Position numbers and translations under genes: made by a program. A stretch of 64,000 nucleotides of DNA from an uncultured delta proteobacterium (GTDB lineage Bacteria; Desulfobacterota; Desulfuromonadia; Geobacterales; DSM-12255), in contig CAWBBV010000016.1 in the NCBI GenBank assembly GCA_963787125.1, positions 128,001-192,000 of the forward strand, read 5' to 3'. The notes beneath the pieces were generated by a model. The model saw nothing but the letters and a program-made list of their open reading frames with translations. It had not been told where the DNA came from and made no database searches. Below are positions 39,587 to 49,742 of this stretch, in pieces. Within the stretch, counting starts at the first letter, position 1, and every line of letters starts with the position of its first letter.

Positions 39587-40213
39587 TTACAGAGAAAGCG
39601 TTAGTTGAGAATGACCAAGCAGTTCGCGCCGGGCCTTGGGCGATAACCCTTCACCTTTGATAAAGGGATTGTCAGCAAGGGCCGCCCGAAGCGCCTTGCG
39701 CCAGCCGATACCTTTCTGCAAGGCCTGGCCTGTTGTGGCCACCGTCATGGTGTAGAGCCACCAGCGCTCTTCGGGGGCCAACGCTTCCCAGTTACGCAGT
39801 GCATTCGGGATGTCATCGGGTGGGGCATCCTCAACTGCCCAGCAGAGGATGCAGAGTTCCTTGCCGAGCGAGGGATGAACCGGCACCGGCTTTGCGGGAT
39901 TCTTTTGAAACTTGGCGGCGGGCAGACCGTTAGCGCGGAGACGGCGATTGGCCTCTTCCCAGAACGCCGGAGCCAGGGCGAGCCAACGGGTACGGTTGAT
40001 AACAACACGCAACGACGGATCACCCGGCGATGGACGATCAACCGCGCGGGCACCCAGACGATCGAGATCATTCCCCCGGTGCTCGGTGATCGTGATGTTG
40101 TCACTGCCACCGTTCCCCTTCGGGACGTCGATGAGAAAACCGTGACGGGCTTCCTCCGGCAGAAAGCCAAGACCGACTATCTTGCGCGTTGAAGATGGAG
40201 TCGTGCGTCCCAT
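39587..40213 (-). CDS. DUF3780 protein
   Basis: LGKELCILCWAVE, W..LAPEERWWLY and GWRKAL..AL motifs. Confidence 0.85.
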   Translation of the reverse strand: MGRTTPSSTRKIVGLGFLPEEARHGFLIDVPKGNGGSDNITITEHRGNDLDRLGARAVDRPSPGDPSLRVVINRTRWLALAPAFWEEANRRLRANGLPAAKFQKNPAKPVPVHPSLGKELCILCWAVEDAPPDDIPNALRNWEALAPEERWWLYTMTVATTGQALQKGIGWRKALRAALADNPFIKGEGLSPKARRELLGHSQLTLSL

Positions 40214-40216
40214 GGT

Positions 40217-43200
40217 TTATTGGGTCACTTTGGCGAGGTTAAATGGCTGATTGGTGGCTTTCAGCCAATCGAGAAGAACCTGTCCGGTGGGGAATCCGAG
40301 GGAACCAACCGTCATCCGCAGGCTTCCGCCACTAACGATTTCCTGTAACTTCTCCGCGACAGATTTCAAAGCAACAGCATCGTAACCACCATCCAAGGCA
40401 CCGGAATATTCAATGTTTTGCAGTCCATCACTGCTCTCAGCTGTGAGGCTGATGTCATACACACAGACACCAGTAGTCAGCTCCAATCGCTGAATGAAGT
40501 CCCATACCGCACCGGAGTCATCTATCTTCGTTTGTTGATTCCAACGGGCCGGAATAGTGAGATCTATAGGGGGGCGAGGATCCTGCCCTGGCTGCGGAAT
40601 CGGGATGCGGATCGTTTCAGAGTTCAAATCATAAGTGGCGGCCACGGCCATTGCGCAGACGATGCGGCAATTTGCAGGGACACGAAATGCCCCGTCGTAA
40701 GTGGCATAGCCTGCGCTGCTGGGAGAGGACCCGTCCGTGGTGTAGCGAATGGCGATCCCGTTGGCCTTCGGCAGGGCCAGCAACTCTACCTCATAATGGT
40801 CGCCTCGGTTGTGTAGCTGGTATTTAAGCCGAACCTTCGCAGTCCATTCCTTCACTGCGCTAACACGCGCAAGATCGGTAGAATCGAAGGCGAGAAACCG
40901 GTATCGCAAGCCGGTTGCTTCAAAACGGGCTGGAGTTGGTACAGGACTGGAAGCGCTGGTAGGGTCGGAATCGCCGGTTTCATATACGACGGACGGTGCA
41001 TGCAGCGGCTCTATTTTCAAGAAAGTATATCCTTCACCGTCCTCACAGACAGAAAGTTCGCGGATGGAAACCTCGGGAACAGGTGGAGGAAATGGCCCAC
41101 GCCGGATGTGATTGCCTTCCGGACGCCAAAGTCCGCGTCGGAGGCATTCGTCTTTGACATCATCAAGGGCGGAAATTTTGTGTAGTGGCCAGTTGGTATT
41201 GACCGCAGCGGCCCGTTTGAAGTCGGACCACAGAACGACTTTTGTCTCGGGTGAGCCGAACAGGCGGGCCTCCGCACGGGTGCGGAAGCTGTCGTCGTCA
41301 ATCTTGGTCATGAATTTTTGCGCCCCTTCGAGGGTCTTGCGGATGGTTGCTTCGCCACTTTGATTGCCGGCGAAGGCAAGATCGGTGCCGGTCGTCCGCA
41401 AAGCTGAGTTGATGGAAGGATAGACAATCTGGTCAAATGCTTCCTTCAGTGCTGCTGTGAATTGCAGACCCACGCGGTCTCGAAGCGCGTCGAGAGCCCG
41501 CCACTGCGGATCATCGGACGGTGTATTCTCCGACTGGAGTTCTTCTTCAATGCTTTGCAGGGCACGAGTCTGTCGAGCCGAATCGAGCACTTTCTGGAAG
41601 GTGTCCCGTGAGCCTGTGAGGAAAAGGACTCTGTTCTTATATTGCTGCTGGTGCCACCATGCCTGCCAGTCAGCGGAAATGGGCAACTGGTCCGCTTGCC
41701 CACCCGGCCGAACGATCACCAGCGTGGTCTTTTCCTGCTCGACCTGAACTTCATCGAGCGGCGGCAGGACTTTTATGGTCTGGTAACAGTCTCGAAGCGA
41801 AGCAGAAAAATATGCCTCCAAATGCTCCCGGAGCATACGATCCACTGTTTCCGAGTGTAACGAGAGAGCGGTCGAACGCAGCTTAGCGGCAAGGTTTTGC
41901 TGATTTTTGAAATAGAGCCGTCCGTCGGTGGAATTGTGAAGATACCAAGCTCGGGTCGCCAACTTATCGAGGACATTAGCCTTGAAGGTGGAAAGGTCGC
42001 GGCCTGGGCGTTGAAGGCAATCGACGAGTTGATATTCCCTAAGCCCATGAATGGCGCCGGGAGTCGTTGAAAGCGAGGCAATGAGGATGAGACGGGCTGC
42101 GTCTGAGGCGTCGGAGTTTCCGTTGGCGAGGTCGATTTGCTCAACTTCCGCATCGCCGCTGTGGGCTATATCGTGCGCGATTGCCTCACTAAGCGACGGA
42201 TTGATGGTGCGGACTTCGGAAGCAATTTCATCCAGATTCATATCGAGATCGTAAGGATGGATCAAATCGATACCTATTGCTTTCTCCGACTTCCAGAGGT
42301 TGGACACCACCATTTGCATGAGGCGGATGACGCCGCGGGTTTGCTGAAATCCATCGTTTTCCTTGAACTTGCCCACGAGTTCCCGGAGGTCTGGGTGGAA
42401 CGGATAGGCCTCATTGACGCGAGTAAAAAGAGCTTCCGGCGAGGTGGTCGTCAGGTTCATATTGTTCGCCTCGCGAAGCGCTTCACGATAAGTAGCAGCT
42501 ACCTTTTTTATCTCCGACTCAGGCGCAACATGCTCAAAGAGACGTTTGCGCAGAATGTAGTAAAGTTCGTCACCGTTCGGATTGACCGGAGTAATCGGGA
42601 CCGCAATTCGTTTGGATTCTGAGGTGATTCCCTGTACTGCCCGGTTGAACGCGGCCTCAAGGTTTGATTGGCCGATGCTGAAATTAGTTCCTGCCAGATC
42701 GGAAAGGACAAGGCACACATTGTCCATCTCGGCGACCGCAATGAAGAGGTTCGCGAGAGCTGTGGTCGTTACGACACCCAAGTCGGCATTACCAACCGGG
42801 ACAGCGACGGCATATTCCAGGTAGGGCGGGAGTTCATCAAGAAAAAGGACGAGCGGATCACCGCCGAGCAACTGTTTCCAGGCTTCAGGTCCAGGTGCCT
42901 GGAGGAGCGGTGAAACATAACGGGTGAATTGCTCCGCTTTACCGAGTTGTTCTGCAATAGATCCCCAGATACCGCCTACTGCATCGGTGCTTCTGCCATT
43001 AAAACCGACAACTTGACAGCGACCAAGTCTTGGAGCCTGATCTTGCTCACCAAGGACTCTTTTTCGCAATTCAGGATCACGCGCCAACAATCCCAGCGCA
43101 ATCATGCTGTGCGTCTTGCCGCCACCCATCGCCTGTGACAGCAAAAAGACCGACGACCCCGCTCCGGTACCGCCCAAATGACGGAAGGCTCGATCCACCA

Positions 43201-43351
43201 GCGTCGTTATTCCGTTGGTGAAGAAGTTCTCCTCGAAAAATTCGGTGCCATTGACCTGCCCTTTTAAAAACGTATCGAGGCTTAGAACGGTGGCTCTTCT
43301 GTCAGCTGCAAAAACTGACGGGCGCGGTTTGCAGAGGGAGTGGATGCTCAT
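40217..43351 (-). CDS. DUF499 AAA+ ATPase with C-terminal FN3-like domain
   Basis: Walker A MGGGKTH, Walker B LFLDE, YPFHP, GFQQTRGVIR and IRYTTDGS motifs. Confidence 0.9.
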   Translation of the reverse strand: MSIHSLCKPRPSVFAADRRATVLSLDTFLKGQVNGTEFFEENFFTNGITTLVDRAFRHLGGTGAGSSVFLLSQAMGGGKTHSMIALGLLARDPELRKRVLGEQDQAPRLGRCQVVGFNGRSTDAVGGIWGSIAEQLGKAEQFTRYVSPLLQAPGPEAWKQLLGGDPLVLFLDELPPYLEYAVAVPVGNADLGVVTTTALANLFIAVAEMDNVCLVLSDLAGTNFSIGQSNLEAAFNRAVQGITSESKRIAVPITPVNPNGDELYYILRKRLFEHVAPESEIKKVAATYREALREANNMNLTTTSPEALFTRVNEAYPFHPDLRELVGKFKENDGFQQTRGVIRLMQMVVSNLWKSEKAIGIDLIHPYDLDMNLDEIASEVRTINPSLSEAIAHDIAHSGDAEVEQIDLANGNSDASDAARLILIASLSTTPGAIHGLREYQLVDCLQRPGRDLSTFKANVLDKLATRAWYLHNSTDGRLYFKNQQNLAAKLRSTALSLHSETVDRMLREHLEAYFSASLRDCYQTIKVLPPLDEVQVEQEKTTLVIVRPGGQADQLPISADWQAWWHQQQYKNRVLFLTGSRDTFQKVLDSARQTRALQSIEEELQSENTPSDDPQWRALDALRDRVGLQFTAALKEAFDQIVYPSINSALRTTGTDLAFAGNQSGEATIRKTLEGAQKFMTKIDDDSFRTRAEARLFGSPETKVVLWSDFKRAAAVNTNWPLHKISALDDVKDECLRRGLWRPEGNHIRRGPFPPPVPEVSIRELSVCEDGEGYTFLKIEPLHAPSVVYETGDSDPTSASSPVPTPARFEATGLRYRFLAFDSTDLARVSAVKEWTAKVRLKYQLHNRGDHYEVELLALPKANGIAIRYTTDGSSPSSAGYATYDGAFRVPANCRIVCAMAVAATYDLNSETIRIPIPQPGQDPRPPIDLTIPARWNQQTKIDDSGAVWDFIQRLELTTGVCVYDISLTAESSDGLQNIEYSGALDGGYDAVALKSVAEKLQEIVSGGSLRMTVGSLGFPTGQVLLDWLKATNQPFNLAKVTQ

Positions 43352-43489
43352 AGAGGTCCTTTTATAGGGAATGAGCGTTTATACTTGAAATGAGACCATT
43401 TTATCAACCTTAGATTGATTAGAATTAAACTTATGGTTGATGTTTGCCCGCTTCGGTTGCCTGTACTCTACGGAACATCGGAGCATGCT

Positions 43490-43831
43490 ATGGGAACGAT
43501 ACGCAGCAGTAAGGACATCGGCAGCAAGTTGTTTCACTTTCGAATGAGGGCGGGCTGGACTCGAGAGCGACTTGCGGAAGAGATTGGAGTGAGCGTACAA
43601 CAGATTCACAAGTATGAAAGCGGCACGAACCGGCTGAATACCGACCGTCTGCAGCAGGTGGCGCAGGCTCTGGACGTGCCGATTCAGCTATTTTTTACCA
43701 ACTTGGAAGAGACACTGCCAATAGCAATAGAAGAAAAACTCCTCCTCGACTCCTACCGGGCCATCCCCAACAAAGAGATCCAGGAAAGCATCCTCAAGCT
43801 GACCACCAACGCTACCAGACACGAAGACTGA
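43490..43831 (+). CDS. XRE/Cro-C1 HTH regulator, divergent from the DUF499 operon
   Basis: LAEEIGVSVQQIHKYESGTNR motif. Confidence 0.9.
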   Translation: MGTIRSSKDIGSKLFHFRMRAGWTRERLAEEIGVSVQQIHKYESGTNRLNTDRLQQVAQALDVPIQLFFTNLEETLPIAIEEKLLLDSYRAIPNKEIQESILKLTTNATRHED

Positions 43832-43852
43832 GCCGGTTCACAACTTGAAAAC

Positions 43853-43893
43853 AAAAAAATCCCCGCCAGATCAGTTCTGGTGGGGATTTTTTT
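43853..43893. terminator. Bidirectional terminator
   Basis: A7-TCCCCGCCAGA..TCTGGTGGGGA-T7. Confidence 0.85.
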
Positions 43894-43922
43894 ATTACCG
43901 GGTAAATGTTGTTGAAAAAACC

Positions 43923-44030
43923 CTACTCCTTCTTCTCGAAACCGCCCTTTTCCTGACACTGGGGACACTTCTGGGGTTTGCAGCGCCCCTCTTTACTGAA
44001 TCCGCATGCTTTGCATTTCCACGCTGCCAT
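43923..44030 (-). CDS. 35-aa RCKP-type rubredoxin-like protein
   Basis: Manual translation MAAWKCKACGFSKEGRCKPQKCPQCQEKGGFEKKE; SD GGAGG; below the ORF-track cutoff. Confidence 0.85.
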   Translation of the reverse strand: MAAWKCKACGFSKEGRCKPQKCPQCQEKGGFEKKE

Positions 44031-44039
44031 AAAAACCTC

Positions 44040-45461
44040 CTATTTGACGTTATCCAGCCTTATCTCCCGAACCGTTCCGACGGTCGACAGCGGCTGGTCG
44101 AATTTCTTCTCATCACCCACAACCATGATGGTCATCGCTTCCGGGTGGAGATATTTTTTTGCGACTCTGAGAATATCTTCGCTTGATACTTTGGCTATAT
44201 TTTCCCTGAAATTTTCCAGATACCCTTGAGGAAAGTTGTAGAAGTCGAGACGTGCCTGCTGGGTAACGATAGAGTTGGCCTGGGTGAAGCCGAAGATGAA
44301 GGAGTTGATGATTGACTCTTTCGCCTGCTTGAGCTCTTCCTCGCTAACCGCCTCTTTTGTCATCCCGGCAATAATCTCGCTCATCAAAGTGACGACTTTG
44401 ATGGTTGATTCGGATTTTGTTTCCGTCTCCGCAATAAACATTCCCGGAAAGCGTCGACCAATGTCAAAACGGCTGCCGGCATGATAGGCCAGCCCCTGAT
44501 TGGAGCGGATCTCCTGGGTCAGTCTGGAGGTGAATCCACCGCCGAGAATATAATCCATGACCCTGACAGCGTACTGATCCGGGTTGTTCTTCTCCAGACC
44601 GAGATGGCCCATTCTTATGACTGACTGGCTGACCTGCTTTTTCGCCAGCAGCGCCTGCTTGCCGGGAATCAGCGCCGGAACCGGCACATTCGGCAACTTC
44701 GGTTCCTGCGGCTGCCACTCGCCAAAAAGCTGCTCAAGTTTTGCGACGAGCTCTTTTCTGTTGAAATCACCGCTGACAGCAAGAATCATCCCCTTCGGGG
44801 TAAAATATTGTTTGTGCAGCTCAACCATATCCTTGCGGGTTACCATGTTAACCGATTCAATGGTGGCGACCCGGCCAAGGGGATGATTTTCATAGATAGC
44901 CCGCTTGAATTCCCGCCCGGCTATCCCCTTGGGATCGTCGTTCTGGCGGCGGATAGCATCGATGGTACTGTTTTTTGCCAGATCAACCCGGGACTGCTCA
45001 AAACCTGGCTTCATGAGTACCTGGGCGTAAAGCTCAAGGGTCCGATAAAGGTTTTTTGTCAAAGTGGTCATAGAAAGACTACCCTGATCCTCGCCGATAT
45101 TCGCTTCAATGCCTGAAGCCATGAACTCCAGCTCGGCGTCGAGCACATCAGGCTTCAGGGTTTCTGTGCCACCACTGCGAAGAAGAGTCCCGGTCATCCC
45201 GGACAGACCGGTCATATCCGCAGGATCATAGATGCTGCCGGCAGTTACATAAGCGGTCATATTGACGAGCGGGAGTTCGTGATCCTCCAACAGGTAGAGT
45301 TTCATGCCGTTTTTAAGCGTTATGCGATCACTTTTGGGGAGGTTAAAATTGAGAGGCGCAAAGGTAAGAGTGCGCGGGTCGACTGTTTTAGTTGTGGTAG
45401 AACAGGCTGTCAGCATGAACAGCAGCGTCAATATCAGTGGGAATAGGTATCTGCGGCTCAT
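44040..45461 (-). CDS. M16 peptidase, non-catalytic subunit (lipoprotein)
   Basis: Lipobox LTAC; ILGGGFTSRL..EIR..GLAY; no HxxEH motif. Confidence 0.88.
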   Translation of the reverse strand: MSRRYLFPLILTLLFMLTACSTTTKTVDPRTLTFAPLNFNLPKSDRITLKNGMKLYLLEDHELPLVNMTAYVTAGSIYDPADMTGLSGMTGTLLRSGGTETLKPDVLDAELEFMASGIEANIGEDQGSLSMTTLTKNLYRTLELYAQVLMKPGFEQSRVDLAKNSTIDAIRRQNDDPKGIAGREFKRAIYENHPLGRVATIESVNMVTRKDMVELHKQYFTPKGMILAVSGDFNRKELVAKLEQLFGEWQPQEPKLPNVPVPALIPGKQALLAKKQVSQSVIRMGHLGLEKNNPDQYAVRVMDYILGGGFTSRLTQEIRSNQGLAYHAGSRFDIGRRFPGMFIAETETKSESTIKVVTLMSEIIAGMTKEAVSEEELKQAKESIINSFIFGFTQANSIVTQQARLDFYNFPQGYLENFRENIAKVSSEDILRVAKKYLHPEAMTIMVVGDEKKFDQPLSTVGTVREIRLDNVK

Positions 45462-46945
45462 TTTCCGGCTACCTCCTGTTTTGTGATGAATCCGACAATC
45501 CTGTTCTCCCTTGTCAGATATTTCTTTGCGACTCGCTGGATATCTTCAGCCTTGACTCCGGCAATGGCCGCCCTGTGCTCTATCAGATAACGCCAGCTAC
45601 CCGAGATGGCTTCGTACTCGGTAAGATTCCTGGCAAGCCCGCCAATGGAGGTCATCTGCCGCGCCTCTTCATACTCAAGCTTGTTCAGTACCTGCTGCAG
45701 CTCCCGCGCGGTAACCGGTTCACTCTTCAGCCTGTCAAGCTCTGAGTAGAGCGCCTCTTCAACCTCTTTGACCGTATGGGGCTGCCGCGGCGATGCCGAG
45801 ATTATGAACAGATTCGGATAGCGGTGACCCGGTGCGGAAAAAGCACCGACCCCGGTAACCAGCTGCTTTTCAACCACCAGTTTTTTGTGAAGTCTCGATG
45901 TCCGCCCGTCGGAAAGAATCATGTCAATAACATCAAAGACAAGATCGTCAGGATCGGGAAGCGTCGGCTTGTGAAAACCGATCATCAGTTCGGCGCCGGC
46001 ATCACCGACCACCTCGATCCGTTTTTCCCCCTGCTGCTTCGGCTCTTCCACTGCCACCGGCGGCACGGGAGTTCCCGGCGGGATATGGCCGAAGTAGCGC
46101 TCCACCAGCTCTATGGTCTTTTGTGAATCAATGTCGCCGACAATGGCGATAATAGCGTTGTTCGGCGCATAATAACGCTTCAGAAAAACTTCTGCCTTGG
46201 TGCGGGTCAGATTTTCTATGTCCGACATCCAGCCGATTACCGGCTGCCCCATGGGATGGGCATTAAAGGCACTGGCCAGAAAAGTCTCCCAGAGCTTCCC
46301 TTCCGGCTCAGCTTCGTAAGAGCGCCGCCGCTCTTCCATAACAACAGCCCGCTCGGTATAGAACTCGCGCAGCACCGCGTTCTGCATCCGGTCAGACTCT
46401 ATGGCCGCCCAGAGCTCCAGCTTGTTTGACGGCAGGCTGATAAGATAGGTCGTGCCGTCCTTACTGGTATAGGCGTTGTAGTTTGAGCCGCCGTTACGGT
46501 TGTAAATCTGGGCAAACTCTTCCTTGACGACATATTTGCCCGCCTCTTTCTCAAGAGCGGTCAGCTCCTTTTCCAGAGAAGTTATCAAGGCAGCATCACC
46601 CTTTTCCCGCCTGGCCTTTTCATTGAGGAGTTGCTGGGCAACGACCTCAATCTTGTCGAGCAGCTGCTTTTCAGCAGGATAATCGGTGCTGCCGAGGGTC
46701 TTGGTACCTTTGAAAAGCATATGTTCAAGAAGATGGGCAATCCCCCGCTCATCGCTCCGCTCGTCGACACTGCCGACCTTGAAGCGGATCCAGGCGGCCA
46801 CTGTCGGCGAAGTGTGCCGTTCCACCAACAGCAGCTTCATCCCGTTGGCAAGGGTATGCTCTTTAACCCGCTCGGCAAGGCCCTGCGCATAAAGCTGCGT
46901 CGCTGTAAAAAGGAGCATCACCGCAATCAAAAGTTTTTTCATCAA
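45458..46945 (-). CDS. M16 zinc peptidase, catalytic subunit
   Basis: AHLLEHMLFKGT and NAYTS motifs; signal peptide. Confidence 0.92.
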   Translation of the reverse strand: MMKKLLIAVMLLFTATQLYAQGLAERVKEHTLANGMKLLLVERHTSPTVAAWIRFKVGSVDERSDERGIAHLLEHMLFKGTKTLGSTDYPAEKQLLDKIEVVAQQLLNEKARREKGDAALITSLEKELTALEKEAGKYVVKEEFAQIYNRNGGSNYNAYTSKDGTTYLISLPSNKLELWAAIESDRMQNAVLREFYTERAVVMEERRRSYEAEPEGKLWETFLASAFNAHPMGQPVIGWMSDIENLTRTKAEVFLKRYYAPNNAIIAIVGDIDSQKTIELVERYFGHIPPGTPVPPVAVEEPKQQGEKRIEVVGDAGAELMIGFHKPTLPDPDDLVFDVIDMILSDGRTSRLHKKLVVEKQLVTGVGAFSAPGHRYPNLFIISASPRQPHTVKEVEEALYSELDRLKSEPVTARELQQVLNKLEYEEARQMTSIGGLARNLTEYEAISGSWRYLIEHRAAIAGVKAEDIQRVAKKYLTRENRIVGFITKQEVAGK

Positions 46946-47082
46946 TTGTCTCCCTGAAAATTCACTGGTAAATAAGAGTTAGAGAATATATCAGTAACGG
47001 TCTTGCTGTAAACCTCGATATAGACTTTACCGATCTGTCTGTGTTATTAATGTTCAACATTTTACAGTTAAAGGAGGTATTT

Positions 47083-47598
47083 ATGAGTAGCGAACTGAAC
47101 CCCCGTGTCCTTCTGGAAACGTCAAAAGGGAACATCACTATCGAACTTTTTAAAGAAAAAGCACCTATTTCGGTGAAAAATTTCCTCGGATACGTCGCCG
47201 ACGGCTACTATGAGGGTCTTATTTTCCACCGGGTAATCAACGGCTTCATGATTCAGGGTGGCGGTATGGATGAAAACCTGCAACCGAAAAAACCTAAGTT
47301 TGCCATCAAGAACGAAGCAGCCAACGGCCTCAAAAATCTGAAGGGCACTCTGGCAATGGCCCGGACATCGGTTGTTGACAGTGCCACTTCGCAGTTTTTC
47401 ATCAATGTGGCAGACAACGCTTTTCTTGACTATAAAGGGAAAAGACCGGAAGACTTCGGCTATGCAGTTTTCGGCCAGGTCGTTGAGGGGATGGAGATTG
47501 TTGAAGAGATGAAGGGCGTGAAAACAGGCAACAAAGCCGGCCATGCCGACGTACCGGTCGAGCCGATCTTTATTACCAAGGCGACGCTGCTGGCATAA
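47083..47598 (+). CDS. Cyclophilin-type peptidyl-prolyl isomerase
   Basis: FHRVINGFMIQGGG, AMART and SATSQFFIN motifs. Confidence 0.95.
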   Translation: MSSELNPRVLLETSKGNITIELFKEKAPISVKNFLGYVADGYYEGLIFHRVINGFMIQGGGMDENLQPKKPKFAIKNEAANGLKNLKGTLAMARTSVVDSATSQFFINVADNAFLDYKGKRPEDFGYAVFGQVVEGMEIVEEMKGVKTGNKAGHADVPVEPIFITKATLLA

Positions 47599-47621
47599 TC
47601 CTGAAAACCTGAAATACCATC

Positions 47622-47650
47622 TTGAAAAGGGCTCCTGGAGCCCTTTTCAA
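47622..47650 (+). terminator. Terminator hairpin
   Basis: TTGAAAAGGGCTCC-T-GGAGCCCTTTTCAA. Confidence 0.7.
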
Positions 47651-47679
47651 GTTTTATACCACCGGCTACGGGGGAAATT

Positions 47680-49122
47680 GTGCAATCAGCGCCGCAGCTC
47701 TATTTACTGGATGGCTCCAGCTACATCTACCGCGCCTATTACGGCATCAGGGAGAGTGCTACCACCACCGGTATGCCGACCAATGCCATCCTCGGTTTCA
47801 CCAGAATGCTCCTCACCCTCTTGCAGGAGCACCGCCCCGACTATCTTGCCGTCGTCTTCGACCCTCCTCGTGAAGATACCTTCCGCAGGAAGATTTATCC
47901 GCAATACAAGGCGAATCGGGACGTCATGCCGGCGGATCTGATCACCCAGCTGCCTCACATAAGTAAAGTTCTGCGGGCGCTGCGGATACCTGTCCTGGAG
48001 GTTTCCGGTTTCGAGGCTGACGATGTCATTGCCACCCTGGCACGCCGTTATGCCGCTGAAGAGGTGGAGGTTACGGTTGTCACCGGTGACAAGGATCTGC
48101 TCCAGATTGTTGGTGACAGGATCAGTCTGCTGGACACCATGAAAGGGAGGCGTTCCGGGGTACAGGAGGTTCTGGAGCGTTTCGGTGTCCCGCCGGAGCT
48201 GGTGGCGGATGTTCTCGGTCTGGCCGGCGACACTGCCGACAACATCCCGGGGGTTCCCGGTATCGGCGAAAAGACCGCCAGCGAACTGGTACGGAGATTC
48301 GGATCTCTGGAAGAGGTAATTCAGTGGCGCAATCTGGTTAGCGGCAAGCAGCGCCGGGATAATTTGCGCTCCCACGCTGATCAGGCCCGGCTCTCCAAGG
48401 TTCTGGCAACTGTCCGCTACGATGTTCCGCTTGAACTCTCCCTTGATGAACTGCAGCGCCGGACGCCAAACCTGGCGGAATTGCTCCCGCTCCTGCGGGA
48501 GCTGGAATTTGCAATGCTGGAAACCGCTTTCACCCCGCCGCCAGCCGGGCTGGTGGAGATCTACTGCGACGGTTCCGGCAGAGACTCAGGGCCGGGTGGC
48601 TACGGGGTAATCCTGCGCTTCGGCGAGCACGAAAAAGAGCTGGACGGTTTCGAGCCGGTCTCCACATCTCAGCGGATGGAGCTGACAGCAGCTATCAGAG
48701 GTTTGGAAGCACTGACTACCCGCAGAAGAGTGCACGTTTTCAGCGATTCACAGTACCTGGTCCGCGGGATGAGCGAATGGCTGCAGGGGTGGATTCGCAC
48801 CGGCCGGATCAAGACTCCGGACGCGCTCAAAAATCAGGATCTCTGGCAACAGCTTGCTGCCCAGGCTGAAAGCCATGAGATCCGCTGGGAGTGGATTCGT
48901 GGCCATGACGGGCATCACTTCAACGAGCGCTGCGACAGGCTGGCCAAGCGGGCTGCCGATGCGGGGATACTGGCTGCGGGTGCGGCAGAGCGGCTGCTGA
49001 AGAGGGCCGGTCAGGAGCAAGCGGCGCAGTTGCCGGTCATCCCCGGCAATCAGGCAGACGATGAGGTCAGGGATAAGGTAGAATACGAGGCTGACGCAGA
49101 CGGTCAACTGCTGCTCTGTTAA
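47680..49122 (+). CDS. 5'-3' exonuclease (PolA N-terminal/FEN) fused to RNase HI
   Basis: LLDGSS, YKANR, EADDVI, TGDKD and GDTADNIPGVPGIGEKTA, then IYCDGS, MELTAA, FSDSQY, KNQDLW, WIRGH and NERCDRLA. Confidence 0.9.
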   Translation: MQSAPQLYLLDGSSYIYRAYYGIRESATTTGMPTNAILGFTRMLLTLLQEHRPDYLAVVFDPPREDTFRRKIYPQYKANRDVMPADLITQLPHISKVLRALRIPVLEVSGFEADDVIATLARRYAAEEVEVTVVTGDKDLLQIVGDRISLLDTMKGRRSGVQEVLERFGVPPELVADVLGLAGDTADNIPGVPGIGEKTASELVRRFGSLEEVIQWRNLVSGKQRRDNLRSHADQARLSKVLATVRYDVPLELSLDELQRRTPNLAELLPLLRELEFAMLETAFTPPPAGLVEIYCDGSGRDSGPGGYGVILRFGEHEKELDGFEPVSTSQRMELTAAIRGLEALTTRRRVHVFSDSQYLVRGMSEWLQGWIRTGRIKTPDALKNQDLWQQLAAQAESHEIRWEWIRGHDGHHFNERCDRLAKRAADAGILAAGAAERLLKRAGQEQAAQLPVIPGNQADDEVRDKVEYEADADGQLLLC

Positions 49123-49143
49123 ATAACTTCAAGGAATCCAACT

Positions 49144-49659
49144 ATGAAAATACAGAAAGTAACGGAAGAAACCCGCCCCAAGGTCTACGCGCTGCTGCAG
49201 CGTGCCTTTCCTTACACTGCCCACGAAACCGAACTTGTACAGAAATTACATGAACATGGCAAACCGCTGCATGAATGGGTCTGCCTTCATACCAATAAAG
49301 TCGTCGCCTACCTTGCATTTTCCAACGCTTACCATGGCGATGACATCTGCGGCCTGCACCTGGCCCCCATGGCCGTGGCCCCTGACTTTCAGGGTCAGGG
49401 TATAGGTTCGGAACTGCTCAGATTTGCCCTGCGGCAGGAAGTTATCAAAAGTCAGCCGCTGTTCGTGCTTGGCAGACCCGATTATTACCGCCGCTTCGGC
49501 TTTGAACCATGCAGCATGCCCATCTGCCTGTTCGACAAATACAATGCGCATTTCCTCAGCATCCGCTACAACTCAACCGCTCTCTTCAATGTGGGGTATG
49601 AGCCTGAATTTGGAGTAGCGGCCAAACCGTCTGACACCAAACGCAAGAAGCGCCGCTGA
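49144..49659 (+). CDS. GNAT acetyltransferase (YhbS-like)
   Basis: LAPMAVAPDFQGQGIG and LG.PDYYRRFGF motifs. Confidence 0.9.
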   Translation: MKIQKVTEETRPKVYALLQRAFPYTAHETELVQKLHEHGKPLHEWVCLHTNKVVAYLAFSNAYHGDDICGLHLAPMAVAPDFQGQGIGSELLRFALRQEVIKSQPLFVLGRPDYYRRFGFEPCSMPICLFDKYNAHFLSIRYNSTALFNVGYEPEFGVAAKPSDTKRKKRR

Positions 49660-49742
49660 ACCGGTCGCTTCATTCAGCCGCTAACAATACCGGGAAGACC
49701 TGGCGGAATTTAGCTATCGCCACTGATTACGGATGGGGACGG

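Larger units (their letters stand above)
32530..43840. mobile_element. Putative defence island (boundaries approximate)
   Basis: Accessory cluster between two housekeeping-gene terminators; no integrase, tRNA or flanking direct repeat seen. Confidence 0.6.

Noticed and set aside
32464..43900. tRNA-anchored integration or target duplication for the defence island
   Set aside because: No tRNA or convincing flanking direct repeat found by eye.
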